A stretch of 64,000 nucleotides of DNA from Candidatus Woesearchaeota archaeon. GTDB taxonomy: Archaea; Nanobdellota; Nanobdellia; Woesearchaeales; GW2011-AR4. Position numbers and translations under genes: made by a program. The DNA lies in contig JACOZN010000005.1 in NCBI GenBank assembly GCA_016181305.1, positions 1 to 64,000 of the forward strand, read 5' to 3'. Under the pieces are notes generated by a model. The model ran no database searches and was not told the origin of the DNA. It saw only the letters and a list, made by a program, of their open reading frames with translations. Position 1 is the stretch's first letter. Every line of letters begins with the position of its first letter. This document shows positions 28,228-38,408 of this stretch, one piece after another.

Positions 28228-28518
28228 ATGGTAAAAAGAATCGGCGGGCTTAGGAGAAAAACAAGGTACAAGTTCAGGAAAGAGAAGAGGAGCAGGGGAA
28301 AGATAAGCTTTACAAACTACCTTCAGTCATTCAGTGCAGGCGACAGGGTTTACCTTAATGTCGAGCCAGCCGTGCAGAAAGGAATGTACCATCCGAGATT
28401 TATGGGCAGAACTGGCGTAATAAAAGGCAAAAGAGGAAAGTGCTACGAGGTGGCAATGAATGACATTGGCAAGGGAAAAACGTTGATAGTTCATCCAGTT
28501 CACTTAAGGAGGGCTTAA
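28228..28518 (+). CDS. rpl21e: 50S ribosomal protein L21e
   Basis: GGLRRKTR, KGMYHPRFMGRTG, LIVHPVHL. Confidence 0.97.
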   Translation: MVKRIGGLRRKTRYKFRKEKRSRGKISFTNYLQSFSAGDRVYLNVEPAVQKGMYHPRFMGRTGVIKGKRGKCYEVAMNDIGKGKTLIVHPVHLRRA

Positions 28519-28519
28519 A

Positions 28520-28867
28520 ATGGCAGAAACCCAGATAATTTCGGAAACGCCAATCAATACGTACCAGCTGAAGAAAGAGCTCGAAAAAATAAAGAAAAGG
28601 GATGGCGAGCTGAATTTCAGGGCAAACAGGACTGAAGAGCACATAAGCCAGATTGCAACGCTTAAAAATGCCGATGAGCTGTTTGACAAGCTGATGAAGC
28701 TCAATATACCGAGGCTTAAGGAGCAGCATATCCACAAGATAATTGACATAAACCCGACTACCCTAAACGAGCTCAAGTCGCTCCTGCAGGGCTATACAAT
28801 AACAATCAACAATGACTCAATGAAGAAGATTGTGGACGCAGTCAACGAATTCCTGGAAAAGAAGTGA
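28520..28867 (+). CDS. rpoF: RNA polymerase subunit F (Rpo4)
   Basis: ELNFR..RT.E, KI.DI.P.T..EL..L motif; follows rpl21e. Confidence 0.88.
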   Translation: MAETQIISETPINTYQLKKELEKIKKRDGELNFRANRTEEHISQIATLKNADELFDKLMKLNIPRLKEQHIHKIIDINPTTLNELKSLLQGYTITINNDSMKKIVDAVNEFLEKK

Positions 28868-28912
28868 ATTATACATAATCTTTATAAATACAGATATTTC
28901 TGTTTGCTGAAA

Positions 28913-29806
28913 ATGGGAGTGGCAACAAGCGAGCAGCATCTAAGCCTAAACAGGAGGCTGGCGCAGGAATCGAACAGGCTTGTGAAAAGGTTCAGCAACA
29001 AAAGCTATTCAAAAATTGAAAAAATCCACAAGCTGCTGCCGAGGCGCGACATATCAGTTGAAAGAAAAAAGGAGCTTCTGGCTAAAAAGCTCCATAATGC
29101 GGTTGTTGCTGCATTTTCAATCGACAAGGGTAAGTTCAATAAATCAAGCCTTGAAGCGCTGAAAAGAAGAATTTCAGCCATTAGGGAGATGACAGGCAGG
29201 CTGAGGGGCATAAATTATTATATTGAAACTTCGCTTTTAGATGATTTGAATGTCCCGATTAAAAAAAAGGGAAGTGCCGGATTAAGGCTGCAGGGAAGCC
29301 TTGCAAGGGACGAGATTGAAGCGCTTGAGTACGCAGCCTATAAGCTGATAGAAGGCGCTGCAATGCTGGACAAAAGGCTGCTGGACAAATACTCGCGGAA
29401 AAAGAGCATAATCCTAAAAAAGCAGAAGATGAAAACCAAAGACTTGGAGTTTGTGCTGGGAAAGGAATCTGCTGCCCTGGAGCACCTCGAGGCAAAACTG
29501 CCTCCGCCGAGGGCAATTGGCATGGCTTTGTTAAAAGAGCCGGCATTCACGCACTGGGCTGCAAGGGTGTTCGCCCTTTTGTCGTATTTTGAGCATATGC
29601 ACCATAAGGAAAGGGGAATTTTAAGCGGGCTTAAAAAAAGAAAATCGGCAAAAAGGGCTATAAACAGAAAAATAGCCCATTTGATAAGGGAAAAATCAGA
29701 GCTGCTTGGGCTGATGCAGGAAAAGGCAGCCTCTATGGAAAAATTAAGATTGGATGGTGCAGCTAAAAGAGAGCTGCATAAATTTACTGCTGCAATAAGG
29801 CTTTGA
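28913..29806 (+). CDS. Basic helical hypothetical protein
   Basis: About 297-aa ORF between rpoF and DUF655. Confidence 0.7.
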   Translation: MGVATSEQHLSLNRRLAQESNRLVKRFSNKSYSKIEKIHKLLPRRDISVERKKELLAKKLHNAVVAAFSIDKGKFNKSSLEALKRRISAIREMTGRLRGINYYIETSLLDDLNVPIKKKGSAGLRLQGSLARDEIEALEYAAYKLIEGAAMLDKRLLDKYSRKKSIILKKQKMKTKDLEFVLGKESAALEHLEAKLPPPRAIGMALLKEPAFTHWAARVFALLSYFEHMHHKERGILSGLKKRKSAKRAINRKIAHLIREKSELLGLMQEKAASMEKLRLDGAAKRELHKFTAAIRL

Positions 29807-29809
29807 GGC

Positions 29810-30388
29810 TTGGAAATGGAACATGAAAAAACCGAAAGGACGAAGGAGGAAACAGCCATAGTGCTTGATTTCCTCCCCAACGGCTATCATTACGACGAAA
29901 GGCCGATGTACATGAAGACTCCGATAGCCCAAGCCATAGGCAAGGAGTATTTTGTGCTCCTGGAGCTCGTGCCGAAGAAAGGCATTCATCTCCAGCCTTT
30001 TGAAGAAGTGTATATAGGGGACGGCAAAAGGGACAAGATACACCATATAGTTGGCAAAATGAGCGTTGCAAAGCTCACAGCAACCGCAAAATCCGAGCTG
30101 GACTTTGTGATAAAAGACATAATCAAAAAAAACGAGAAGAAGTTTATAGAGTTTTTTAACAGGGCGCAGCCGTTAAGCACAAGGATGCACCAGCTTGAGC
30201 TGCTGCCCGGGCTCGGGAAAAAGCACATGTGGCAGATAATAGAGGCAAGGCGCGATAAGCCCTTCGAGGATTTTTCAGACCTGAAAAACAGGGTGAAGCT
30301 GATGCCCGATCCTGAAAAAACCATTATCAAGAGGATCCTGCAGGAGCTGGAAGGCTCTGAAAAGCACAGGATTTTTGTCGAAGCATGA
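29810..30388 (+). CDS. DUF655 putative nucleic-acid-binding protein
   Basis: IVLDFLP.G, AQAIG...F.LLEL, RMHQLELLPGLGKK HhH motif. Confidence 0.93.
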   Translation: MEMEHEKTERTKEETAIVLDFLPNGYHYDERPMYMKTPIAQAIGKEYFVLLELVPKKGIHLQPFEEVYIGDGKRDKIHHIVGKMSVAKLTATAKSELDFVIKDIIKKNEKKFIEFFNRAQPLSTRMHQLELLPGLGKKHMWQIIEARRDKPFEDFSDLKNRVKLMPDPEKTIIKRILQELEGSEKHRIFVEA

Positions 30389-30395
30389 TTACGGC

Positions 30396-31016
30396 ATGCA
30401 AAACAGCATAAAATTCTGGAGGATAAGCACTTCTGAAAAGGAGCTGAAAGACCTTCTGAAGGCATGGATTGCGGTTTCAATAGCGTTTGCAATAGCCATG
30501 AGGGGCTCGTCGCTTTTTTCGGCTGATTTTTATTTTAAATTTGTCGTCTCAGCCATGACTGTCGGCGCTGGATTCCTTCTTCACGAGCTTGGCCATAAGA
30601 TTGCGGCTCAAAGATATGGCTGCTTTGCCGAATTCAGGTCATTCGACAACATGCTAATCCTTGCCGTTGCCATGTCATTTTTCCGGGTAATATTTGCAGC
30701 TCCTGGCGCCGTTATGATATCCGGAAGGGTAAACGCAAGAAAAAACGGCGTGATATCCGCTGCAGGGCCTGCCGTAAACCTGATATTGGCTTTGGCTTTT
30801 GCATCATTTTACTTTGCCCCCCTGCCGGGCCTGCTTAAATCCGTGGCATCTTACGGCTTTGTGATAAATACATGGCTTGCCCTGTTCAACATGATTCCTT
30901 TCTGGCTCTTTGACGGCTACAAGATATTTAAATGGAGCAGGTTAGCCTACTTTTCCATAGTCGGCATTGCCCTCGCCTTTATGGTCTCCCAGCAATTTAT
31001 CCTCTTAAAGGCATGA
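30396..31016 (+). CDS. M50 (site-2) family intramembrane metalloprotease
   Basis: HELGH, AAGPAVN, NTWLALFNMIP...DG. Confidence 0.9.
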   Translation: MQNSIKFWRISTSEKELKDLLKAWIAVSIAFAIAMRGSSLFSADFYFKFVVSAMTVGAGFLLHELGHKIAAQRYGCFAEFRSFDNMLILAVAMSFFRVIFAAPGAVMISGRVNARKNGVISAAGPAVNLILALAFASFYFAPLPGLLKSVASYGFVINTWLALFNMIPFWLFDGYKIFKWSRLAYFSIVGIALAFMVSQQFILLKA

Positions 31017-31159
31017 AAATGAAGCACAGCAGCCCAAAATGCCCAAACTGCGGAAGAAAACTGACGGAGAGCGAGCTTTACTGCTATTTTTGCGAGATGA
31101 GCCTGCCGGAGCCCGCTGAGAAAATCAGGAAAAAAGATGGAAATTCAGTGCCAAAATAA
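31013..31159 (+). CDS. Small C4 zinc-ribbon protein (48 aa)
   Basis: KCPNCGRKLTESELYCYFCEM; ATGA overlap with the protease stop. Confidence 0.7.
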   Translation: MKMKHSSPKCPNCGRKLTESELYCYFCEMSLPEPAEKIRKKDGNSVPK

Positions 31160-31386
31160 AAAATAAATTTTGGGCAAATTCAAAAACAAAAAAATTTTAA
31201 GAACACGAAGAAAATTTTATCGTCGAGGAATCCAATCCAAAGAATTTTTGGCGTAAGAATATCGGGAAAAAATGCAAAAAAATCATAAAAATTGTCGTCG
31301 GAAAAAACAAAAAAAGAAAAGATTTAAATACTACCTTTATAATTTATTTTAAATTGAAAAGAGGATTTTCAAACCGTGAATTTAAA

Positions 31387-31782
31387 ATGAGCGAATTTGG
31401 ATTGCACGTTACAATCGATGCATCAAGGTGCAACAAACAGAAGCTGATTTCAGTGCCCTTGGTGTATGATGTTCTAGACAACTTGCCTGCAAGGATAGGA
31501 ATGACAAAGATGACTCTGCCCTATGTGGTAAAATGGCTGGATAAGTTCTCGGAAGGAACTCCGGGCATTTCCGGGTTTGTCATGATTGCAGAAAGCCACA
31601 TAAGCATCCACACATTCCCCGACCAGGATTACGTGTTCATGGACATATTCTCGTGCAAGGAGTTTGACGCTGAGAAGGCAATAAGCTACCTTGTGAGGGC
31701 TTTTGAAGCCAAAAAATACGAAAAGCATGTCCTGAAGAGGGGCATGGACTTCCCGAGAAAGGTAATTTTAAGCCAGATGTAA
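31387..31782 (+). CDS. speD: Pyruvoyl-dependent S-adenosylmethionine decarboxylase proenzyme
   Basis: G.SG.VMIAE/SHISIHTFP...F.DIFSC cleavage motif. Confidence 0.9.
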   Translation: MSEFGLHVTIDASRCNKQKLISVPLVYDVLDNLPARIGMTKMTLPYVVKWLDKFSEGTPGISGFVMIAESHISIHTFPDQDYVFMDIFSCKEFDAEKAISYLVRAFEAKKYEKHVLKRGMDFPRKVILSQM

Positions 31783-31863
31783 TCGAGTTTCCAGTTCTTA
31801 ATCGGGATTTTTCCAATAACTTCAACAGAAGATTTTTATTCCGCTGGCTCTAACTACCCAATC

Positions 31864-32736
31864 ATGGCTAGAAATCCAATACACAATAAACTCAAAATCG
31901 GGCTTGTTCAGGCAAAAGTAAGCGATAAAGTTGATTCTAACCTGTCAAAGACGGCAAAGCTTGTCAGCCATGCGGCAAGAAAGGGGGCATCAATAGTCTG
32001 CCTTCAGGAGCTTTTTGCAACGCCTTATTTCTGCCAGCAGGAGAGAAAAGAATTGTTCAGGATGGCAGAGAAAATCCCGGGCAAAATCTCAAAATTCCTC
32101 TCAAAAACCGCAAAAACGAATAAAGTTGCATTGGTTGGCGGCTCTATTTTCGAAAAAGGCGAAGACAACAAATACTATAACACCTCCCTAATACTTGACG
32201 ACAAGGGAAATTTAATTGGAAAATACCGCAAGGTTCACATTCCTCACGATCCCGGCTATTACGAGCAGTATTATTTTAGTTCCGGCAATCTTGGCTATGT
32301 GCAGGCAGATTTCAACAATGTCAGGCTAGCGCCTTTGATATGTTATGACCAATGGTATCCTGAAGCAGCGAGAATAAATGCCCTAAGGGGGGCATCTGTC
32401 ATTTTCTACCCAACTGCCATAGGCTGGACTGCTGACATGAAAGAAAACGAGCCATTTTCAGCTGAAAGGTGGCAAAACTCGATGTGCGGGCACGCCTCAA
32501 TGAACGGCGTTTACGTAGCTGCTGCAAACAGGGTTGGCAAGGAGGGTGGCATAGATTTTTGGGGCGGTTCTTTTGTAACAGACCCATTTGGAGAGATTAT
32601 TAAGAGAGCCAGCAGCTCTAAAGAAGAAGTTTTAATTGCCGAAATTGATTTAGGCAAAGTTGCAAGCTCTCAGGAAGGATGGGGTTTTCTTGAAAACAGA
32701 AAGCCCATGACTTACAGGGAATTATACGAAATCTGA
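31864..32736 (+). CDS. aguB: N-carbamoylputrescine amidase (carbon-nitrogen hydrolase)
   Basis: CLQELF, YRKVHIPHDPGYYEQYYF, ICYDQWYPEAAR; adjacent to aguA. Confidence 0.88.
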   Translation: MARNPIHNKLKIGLVQAKVSDKVDSNLSKTAKLVSHAARKGASIVCLQELFATPYFCQQERKELFRMAEKIPGKISKFLSKTAKTNKVALVGGSIFEKGEDNKYYNTSLILDDKGNLIGKYRKVHIPHDPGYYEQYYFSSGNLGYVQADFNNVRLAPLICYDQWYPEAARINALRGASVIFYPTAIGWTADMKENEPFSAERWQNSMCGHASMNGVYVAAANRVGKEGGIDFWGGSFVTDPFGEIIKRASSSKEEVLIAEIDLGKVASSQEGWGFLENRKPMTYRELYEI

Positions 32737-32746
32737 TATTAATCTC

Positions 32747-33787
32747 ATGAATTCTCCAAAAGAACTCGGCTTTAGGATGCCTGCGGAATGGGAACCACAA
32801 GAAGCAATCTGGCTTGCATGGCCTCACAACAAGGACACATGGCCAGCTGAAATGCTTATGGAAGTTGAGGATTCCTATGCCAAATTTGTCAAAGTTTTGC
32901 ATACCGGGCAGAAAGTTAAGATTTTGGTTGGCAATCACGATTCTGAATTAAAAGTTAGGGAAAAGCTAAACCAAGCAGGGATAAACCTTTCCCAAATCAT
33001 CCTTTACCAAATTGGCAATCAAGATGCTTGGATTAGGGACTATGGACCGACTTTTGTGGTAAACAACAAAGAAAACAAGCTTGCAATGGTTAAATGGGTA
33101 TTCAATGCATGGGGCGACAAGTACGATGATTTAAAGCCGGACAATGGAATTCCCTATGAAATGAATAAAATAATGAAATTGCCTCTTTTTGAGCCAGGAA
33201 TTGTCTTGGAAGGCGGCTCTATAGAAGCCAATGGCTCTGGGACATTGCTAACAACTGAGCAGTGCCTTTTAAGCAAAAATAGAAATTCAAATCTAAAGAA
33301 AGATGAAATTGAAAAGTATCTCAAAGACTACCTTAATGTTTCCAATATTTTATGGCTCAGGGAAGGGATTGCAGGAGACGACACTGATGGGCATATAGAC
33401 GACATTGCAAGATTTGTAAACCAAAATACAGTGGTTTGCGCCTTTGAAGAAAACGAAAATGATGAAAATCACAGCATTTTACTTGAAAATTATAAGCTGT
33501 TGAGCCAAATGAGAGATGAAAGAGGCAATAAGCTGAATATCATAAAGCTCCCTATGCCTGGCTTTGTTGGAGATGATGAAAGAAGGTATCCGGCAAGCTA
33601 CACAAACTTCTACATTGGCAATGAAGCAGTTGTTGTGTCGATTTTTGGGCATGAGAATGACAGCAAAGCGCTTGAAATACTGCAAAAGCTTTTTCCAAAT
33701 AGAAAAGTCGTTGGTGTAAACTGCAAAGCTATGGCGTATGGATTTGGAGCATTGCATTGTGTAAGCCAGCAGGAACCAAAAATTTAG
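32747..33787 (+). CDS. aguA: Agmatine deiminase
   Basis: MPAEWEP, DAWIRDYGP, LEGGSI, DDTDGHIDD, SYTNF, GALHCVSQQ. Confidence 0.95.
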   Translation: MNSPKELGFRMPAEWEPQEAIWLAWPHNKDTWPAEMLMEVEDSYAKFVKVLHTGQKVKILVGNHDSELKVREKLNQAGINLSQIILYQIGNQDAWIRDYGPTFVVNNKENKLAMVKWVFNAWGDKYDDLKPDNGIPYEMNKIMKLPLFEPGIVLEGGSIEANGSGTLLTTEQCLLSKNRNSNLKKDEIEKYLKDYLNVSNILWLREGIAGDDTDGHIDDIARFVNQNTVVCAFEENENDENHSILLENYKLLSQMRDERGNKLNIIKLPMPGFVGDDERRYPASYTNFYIGNEAVVVSIFGHENDSKALEILQKLFPNRKVVGVNCKAMAYGFGALHCVSQQEPKI

Positions 33788-33802
33788 ATAGTTAAAATTT
33801 TC

Positions 33803-34990
33803 CTAGTAAATAACTTTTGCTTCTGCCTTTAATGGCTTCAGCAACCCAGCTTCCTGCCTCAAAATGTCTGCCATGTCGGTTTTCTCCCATGTGAAGTCGG
33901 GGTCTTCCCTTCCGAAATGTCCGTAAGCTGCAGTTTTCCTGTAAATCGGCCTTCGCAGATTTAAATGCTCAATTATCCACTTTGGAGTCAGCTTGAAGTG
34001 CTTCTTGGCAAGCTCGACAATTTTTGCCTCAGGAATCTTGTTGGTGCCGAAAGTATCTATGTTTATTGATGTTGGCTGCGCTATCCCTATGGCATAAGAC
34101 AGCTGTACCTCGCACCTGTCGGCAAGCCCTGCCGCTACAATGTTTTTTGCAACATACCTTGCGGCATAAGCTCCGCTCCTGTCAACTTTGCTTGGGTCTT
34201 TGCCTGAGAAAGCCCCTCCGCCATGCCTTCCAACCCCGCCATAAGTGTCAGCAATTATCTTTCTTCCTGTAACTCCCGAATCCCCCTCAGGCCCTCCAAT
34301 GACAAACTTGCCTGTCGCATTTATGTAAATCTTGGTTTCATTGTCAATCCATCTGCCGCACACGGGCTTGATAACCTTGTCAGTAATCTCTTCCCTCAGC
34401 TCGTCTTCGCTTATCTTGTCCAGGTGCTGTTGCGCGATAACCACCGCGCTAAGCCTTTTTGGCACATTATCATGATATTCAACGCTGACTTGCGACTTGC
34501 CGTCAGGGCCCAAATCCGGAATAATCCCCCTTTTCCTTATCTCAGCGAGCTTCATTGTAAGCTTATGCGCAAGCATGATTGGCAGCGGCATTAGCTCGGG
34601 CGTTTCGTTGCATGCAAATCCGTACATCATTCCCTGGTCGCCTGCGCCTTCCTTGTCAACGCCTTGGGAAATATCCGGAGACTGCCCATGTATGCTTACA
34701 AGCACTCCCGCATCTTCGCAGTCTATCCCGAATTGGGGGTTTGTATAGCCGATCTCTCGTAAGGCTCTTCTTGCAATGCCCTGCACATCTGCGTATCCCC
34801 TGCTTGTGATTTCACCTGCAACAACTACCAATCCTGTTGTTGTAAGGCATTCAACTGCAACCCTGGAATAAGGGTCTTGCACATACAGGTTATCGAGAAT
34901 AGCATCGCTTATCTGGTCGCAAATCTTGTCAGGATGCCCCTCTGTAACAGATTCACTGGTAACATATGTTATATTCGCCAATTTTACCAC
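33803..34990 (-). CDS. metK: Methionine adenosyltransferase, bacterial/eukaryotic type
   Basis: [40 protein letters not shown]. Confidence 0.97.
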   Translation of the reverse strand: MVKLANITYVTSESVTEGHPDKICDQISDAILDNLYVQDPYSRVAVECLTTTGLVVVAGEITSRGYADVQGIARRALREIGYTNPQFGIDCEDAGVLVSIHGQSPDISQGVDKEGAGDQGMMYGFACNETPELMPLPIMLAHKLTMKLAEIRKRGIIPDLGPDGKSQVSVEYHDNVPKRLSAVVIAQQHLDKISEDELREEITDKVIKPVCGRWIDNETKIYINATGKFVIGGPEGDSGVTGRKIIADTYGGVGRHGGGAFSGKDPSKVDRSGAYAARYVAKNIVAAGLADRCEVQLSYAIGIAQPTSINIDTFGTNKIPEAKIVELAKKHFKLTPKWIIEHLNLRRPIYRKTAAYGHFGREDPDFTWEKTDMADILRQEAGLLKPLKAEAKVIY

Positions 34991-35128
34991 CTCGCATCAA
35001 AGAATGTCATTATTGGACGTATTCCGGCTCTGTTTATAAAAACTTTTGTGAAAGAAATATTCCAAAAGGAATAATTTTAAATATAAGTTAGTAATCCTGA
35101 ATAAGCGTGCGAAGGGGGCTTTGCTGGA

Positions 35129-35674
35129 ATGACTTACGAGCTTGAAGAAATCAGGAAAATCAGGAAAAAGCTTGGCATGACTCAGACAGAGCTGGCTAAC
35201 CGCGCAGGAGTTTCCCAGTCGCTTATTGCAAAGATAGAGAGCGGAAAGATTGACCCCACTTATACAAAAACAAAGAAGATATTTGCCGCATTAAGCGAGC
35301 TGGAGAAAAAGGAAGAGGTAAAAGCGGAGCAGCTGATGGCAAGCAGGATTATAAGCGTTGAATCGGGAACCCCAATCAAAGAAGCAATCGGCAAGATGAA
35401 AAAATCCCAAATCTCGCAGCTTCCTGTCATAGACGGCCATAAATTGGTGGGCTTGGTGTCAGAATCAATAATACTTGAGGCTTTGCTTAACCAAAAAGGC
35501 AGTGAAGTCAGGGATGTAATGCAGGAAGCCCCCCCAATAGTGTCAAAAACAACCTCCATGCAGGTAGTTTCAAACCTTTTGAAGTACTACCCAATGATTT
35601 TGGTGTCAGAAGGAGGCAGGCTTATTGGATTGATAACAAAGAGCGATTTATTGGGGAAGCTGTATAAGGGTTGA
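35129..35674 (+). CDS. HTH (Cro/C1) + CBS-pair transcriptional regulator
   Basis: LGMTQTELANRAGVSQSLIAKIESGKIDP followed by two CBS motifs. Confidence 0.93.
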   Translation: MTYELEEIRKIRKKLGMTQTELANRAGVSQSLIAKIESGKIDPTYTKTKKIFAALSELEKKEEVKAEQLMASRIISVESGTPIKEAIGKMKKSQISQLPVIDGHKLVGLVSESIILEALLNQKGSEVRDVMQEAPPIVSKTTSMQVVSNLLKYYPMILVSEGGRLIGLITKSDLLGKLYKG

Positions 35675-35682
35675 AATGATTA

Positions 35683-36453
35683 ATGGCTGACACAGAGTAC
35701 AAAAAGCATAAGAGGACACTGGATAAAATTCTTGCTGTAGAGGAACTGCCAACTCACCAGGAAGTTCTGGAATTGGAATCATTTGAAGACAGCAACCATA
35801 TAACTAATCCTCAATTGAACGTTAGGTTGTTTGGAGCGCCAAAACTCTTCCCTGTTGCATTGTTGCAGGGAAAGGATACGCTGCTTTGGAGAGAGCGTAT
35901 TTACAATATAGAAACAGTTGAATTTGTGGACGCTTTAGCCCGAGAAATAGCGGAATTGAACTTAGATGGCGAGTATCTCGAAGTAGCTGCTGGCAGAGGC
36001 AAGCTAAGCTATTGGCTAAGGCAGAAAGGCATACCAATAAGGGCTACGGATCTTGTTCCGATATCTGAATACGTTGAGCAGCTGGAAGCCTGCTTATCTC
36101 TTAGTAAATACTCCCCTGCATTTGTCTTAACATCTTGGCTTCCACAACAATGTGGATTGCAAAAAAGAGTAGTGGAGACTGAATCCGTAAGGGCTTATAT
36201 AGATATTAGAGGAGACTATCCGGGGATATCCATAGATGATTCAGGAATAAAAGCTTTTACAGAGATGGATTTGGCATCCTTTCTGGTAAAAAATGGGAAA
36301 AAAGACTCTTTCATATTTGAAAATAGAAAAACCAGATGGCATGTAACTACTCCAAAAAAACTCGCAAAATTAGCCTCACCAGCAGCTAAATTCCCTTATA
36401 AAAGAGATGAGGAACCTTATACTAAGCGTGTTTGGGTATGGAAGCGCACTTGA
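35683..36453 (+). CDS. Methyltransferase-fold hypothetical protein (AT-rich)
   Basis: YLEVAAGRG motif-I-like segment followed by IRATD. Confidence 0.55.
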   Translation: MADTEYKKHKRTLDKILAVEELPTHQEVLELESFEDSNHITNPQLNVRLFGAPKLFPVALLQGKDTLLWRERIYNIETVEFVDALAREIAELNLDGEYLEVAAGRGKLSYWLRQKGIPIRATDLVPISEYVEQLEACLSLSKYSPAFVLTSWLPQQCGLQKRVVETESVRAYIDIRGDYPGISIDDSGIKAFTEMDLASFLVKNGKKDSFIFENRKTRWHVTTPKKLAKLASPAAKFPYKRDEEPYTKRVWVWKRT

Positions 36454-36460
36454 TATTTTA

Positions 36461-37183
36461 TTATACCATCTGCCTTAACTTACCCACCTTCCCAAACCCA
36501 TAAACCTCGTCTTCCACAACATAAACCTCAAAATTGTCCAAGTTCTGCTTGAGGAAAGGGCTCAATATAATATCGCGAAGCAGGTTAGTTCCTTCAATCA
36601 TGGTGTTAAAAGAGGGCTGCGCTATCAGGCACTTGCCTTTGTACCTGCCCTTCAGGAAGCATTTAACCTTCTCAACTCTGGCGCCTTCTTTTAGAGACAC
36701 GGCAGGATGCTCATGCCCGATTATAATAGTAGAAGCCCCCTTTAGGGTTTTCTTGTCTGGAATCTTGTCACCATGTGTTACGAGCACGTTTCCAATAATT
36801 ACATTATCAACAACCTTAACATTCCTTTTCTTAGCTATAGGTCCTAGTATAGTATCATGATTGCCCTTAACAAGCACTATTTCTTGGCAGTGTTTTGCCA
36901 GCAAATCGAGAAACTTAAGCGTATTGCGCCACTCCTGCTCCGATATTGTGCCAAACTCATGCTTCAAGTCGCCATTAATAACTATAGTTTTGATTGTTTT
37001 GCCCTTTAAAGCCTTAAATATGCTACCCATTTTTTTAACCATCTCATCAAACTGCAGCCTTGGCACAAGAATGCCTTGCTTGTTCAGCGCCTCTTCATAG
37101 CCTATATGGGCATCGGCTATTACAAGGGTTGAGTCAAAATACAATGCCAGGTCAACTATTTCGATATTAGGCAGTATCTTCAT
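36461..37183 (-). CDS. Metallophosphoesterase (archaeal ICC-like/MJ0037 type)
   Basis: IADAHIGYE, NGDLKHEF, KGNHD, HGD, GHEHP motifs. Confidence 0.92.
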   Translation of the reverse strand: MKILPNIEIVDLALYFDSTLVIADAHIGYEEALNKQGILVPRLQFDEMVKKMGSIFKALKGKTIKTIVINGDLKHEFGTISEQEWRNTLKFLDLLAKHCQEIVLVKGNHDTILGPIAKKRNVKVVDNVIIGNVLVTHGDKIPDKKTLKGASTIIIGHEHPAVSLKEGARVEKVKCFLKGRYKGKCLIAQPSFNTMIEGTNLLRDIILSPFLKQNLDNFEVYVVEDEVYGFGKVGKLRQMV

Positions 37184-37259
37184 ATGCTAAAGAGATACAG
37201 GCAACTATAAATAGTTTAAGATGATAAAAAATAAAGAAAAAGAAAAAAATAAAGCCTGA

Positions 37260-37625
37260 TTAGGCTGTTTCGCCTTTTGCTAGGTCCCAGACTTGCTTCA
37301 GTGCCACAACTATAGTTGCAGGCACAACGAAAGCAAGGATGCTGTTAAAGATTCCCTGCATATACTGGCCTATTACCTTAACTTCCTCCCAGCCCTTAAT
37401 CTGGTCACCGGCAGCATAAGCCACGATTACTATAGAAACAGCTACTAGCAAAAACTCCTTGGTTTCTTTTCCTGACACGTTCAGGAAACCGACAACCAAA
37501 CCAAGCACAACAAGCAATGACTGAAGCCATACTGTTGCATTGCCTAGTTTAGAGGCTGCCAAGCCAAGCACTACTGCTACAATCACTCCAATAATAAAGG
37601 AATAATTGCCTATTTGTTTCTCCAT
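37260..37625 (-). CDS. Small 4-TM membrane protein (paralog A)
   Basis: GLVVGFLNV..KET..FL and PA.IVVALK motifs; GGAGGTG SD. Confidence 0.85.
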   Translation of the reverse strand: MEKQIGNYSFIIGVIVAVVLGLAASKLGNATVWLQSLLVVLGLVVGFLNVSGKETKEFLLVAVSIVIVAYAAGDQIKGWEEVKVIGQYMQGIFNSILAFVVPATIVVALKQVWDLAKGETA

Positions 37626-37967
37626 CTAGTTTCACCTCCTAGTGTGAACTAAAGCCCGAAGCTTCTCCGAGCCCTTAAGCGCTAGGCGCTTAAGGTATAT
37701 ATCTTGAGAATACCCATATATAAAGCTTTCGCAAAACATTAATTTTTAAAAGTTCAATTCTGGCTTTTCTATCTTAAAAAACCATAAAACAGCTTGTTTT
37801 TAATGAATGCAGGCTTATTATTACTTGTTTTTTACCGGATAGTGAAGAATACTAAAAGGTGACTCTCAAATAAAATACCCTATTTTGTTTCCATAAAGCA
37901 AAATTTAAATATAAGTTCAATTATATTGTTTCAAAGGGATTTAAAGATTGGAGGTGGAGGATTAAAA

Positions 37968-38312
37968 ATGGCAGCAAAGATAGGGCAATGGGCATTTATA
38001 GTTGGTGTGATACTTGCCGTAATATTCGGCTTTCTAAAAGCAGGAAACTGGGCAGGCATTGTTACACTGATATTGGTGGTGGCAGGGCTCGTAGTTGGGT
38101 TCCTGAATGTTACCGAGAAGGAGACAACCCCTTTTTTGGTGGCGTCAATAGCCTTGATGGCGACAAGCGCTGCGAATCTTGAGGTTATAAACGATATGGT
38201 GCCAAATGTCGGCACATGGCTCCAGAACATTGTAGGGAATTTTGCAGTTTTGATTGCACCGGCAGCTGTTGTAGTTGCGCTGAAGGCTGTTTATTCCTTG
38301 GCACAGGACTAA
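37968..38312 (+). CDS. Small 4-TM membrane protein (paralog B)
   Basis: Same motifs as 37260-37625; GGAGG SD. Confidence 0.85.
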   Translation: MAAKIGQWAFIVGVILAVIFGFLKAGNWAGIVTLILVVAGLVVGFLNVTEKETTPFLVASIALMATSAANLEVINDMVPNVGTWLQNIVGNFAVLIAPAAVVVALKAVYSLAQD

Positions 38313-38408
38313 AGCCTTTTTCTTTTTTATTTTCTTTTTTCTTATCTTATATTGTGCAGCAGCTTAGGCTGCCAAATATATTTAAACTGGTCCAAAATTC
38401 TTATCAAA

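Noticed and set aside
31160-31350. Repeated AAAATT..TCGTCG words upstream of speD
   Set aside because: Only two degenerate copies in low-complexity A-rich DNA.
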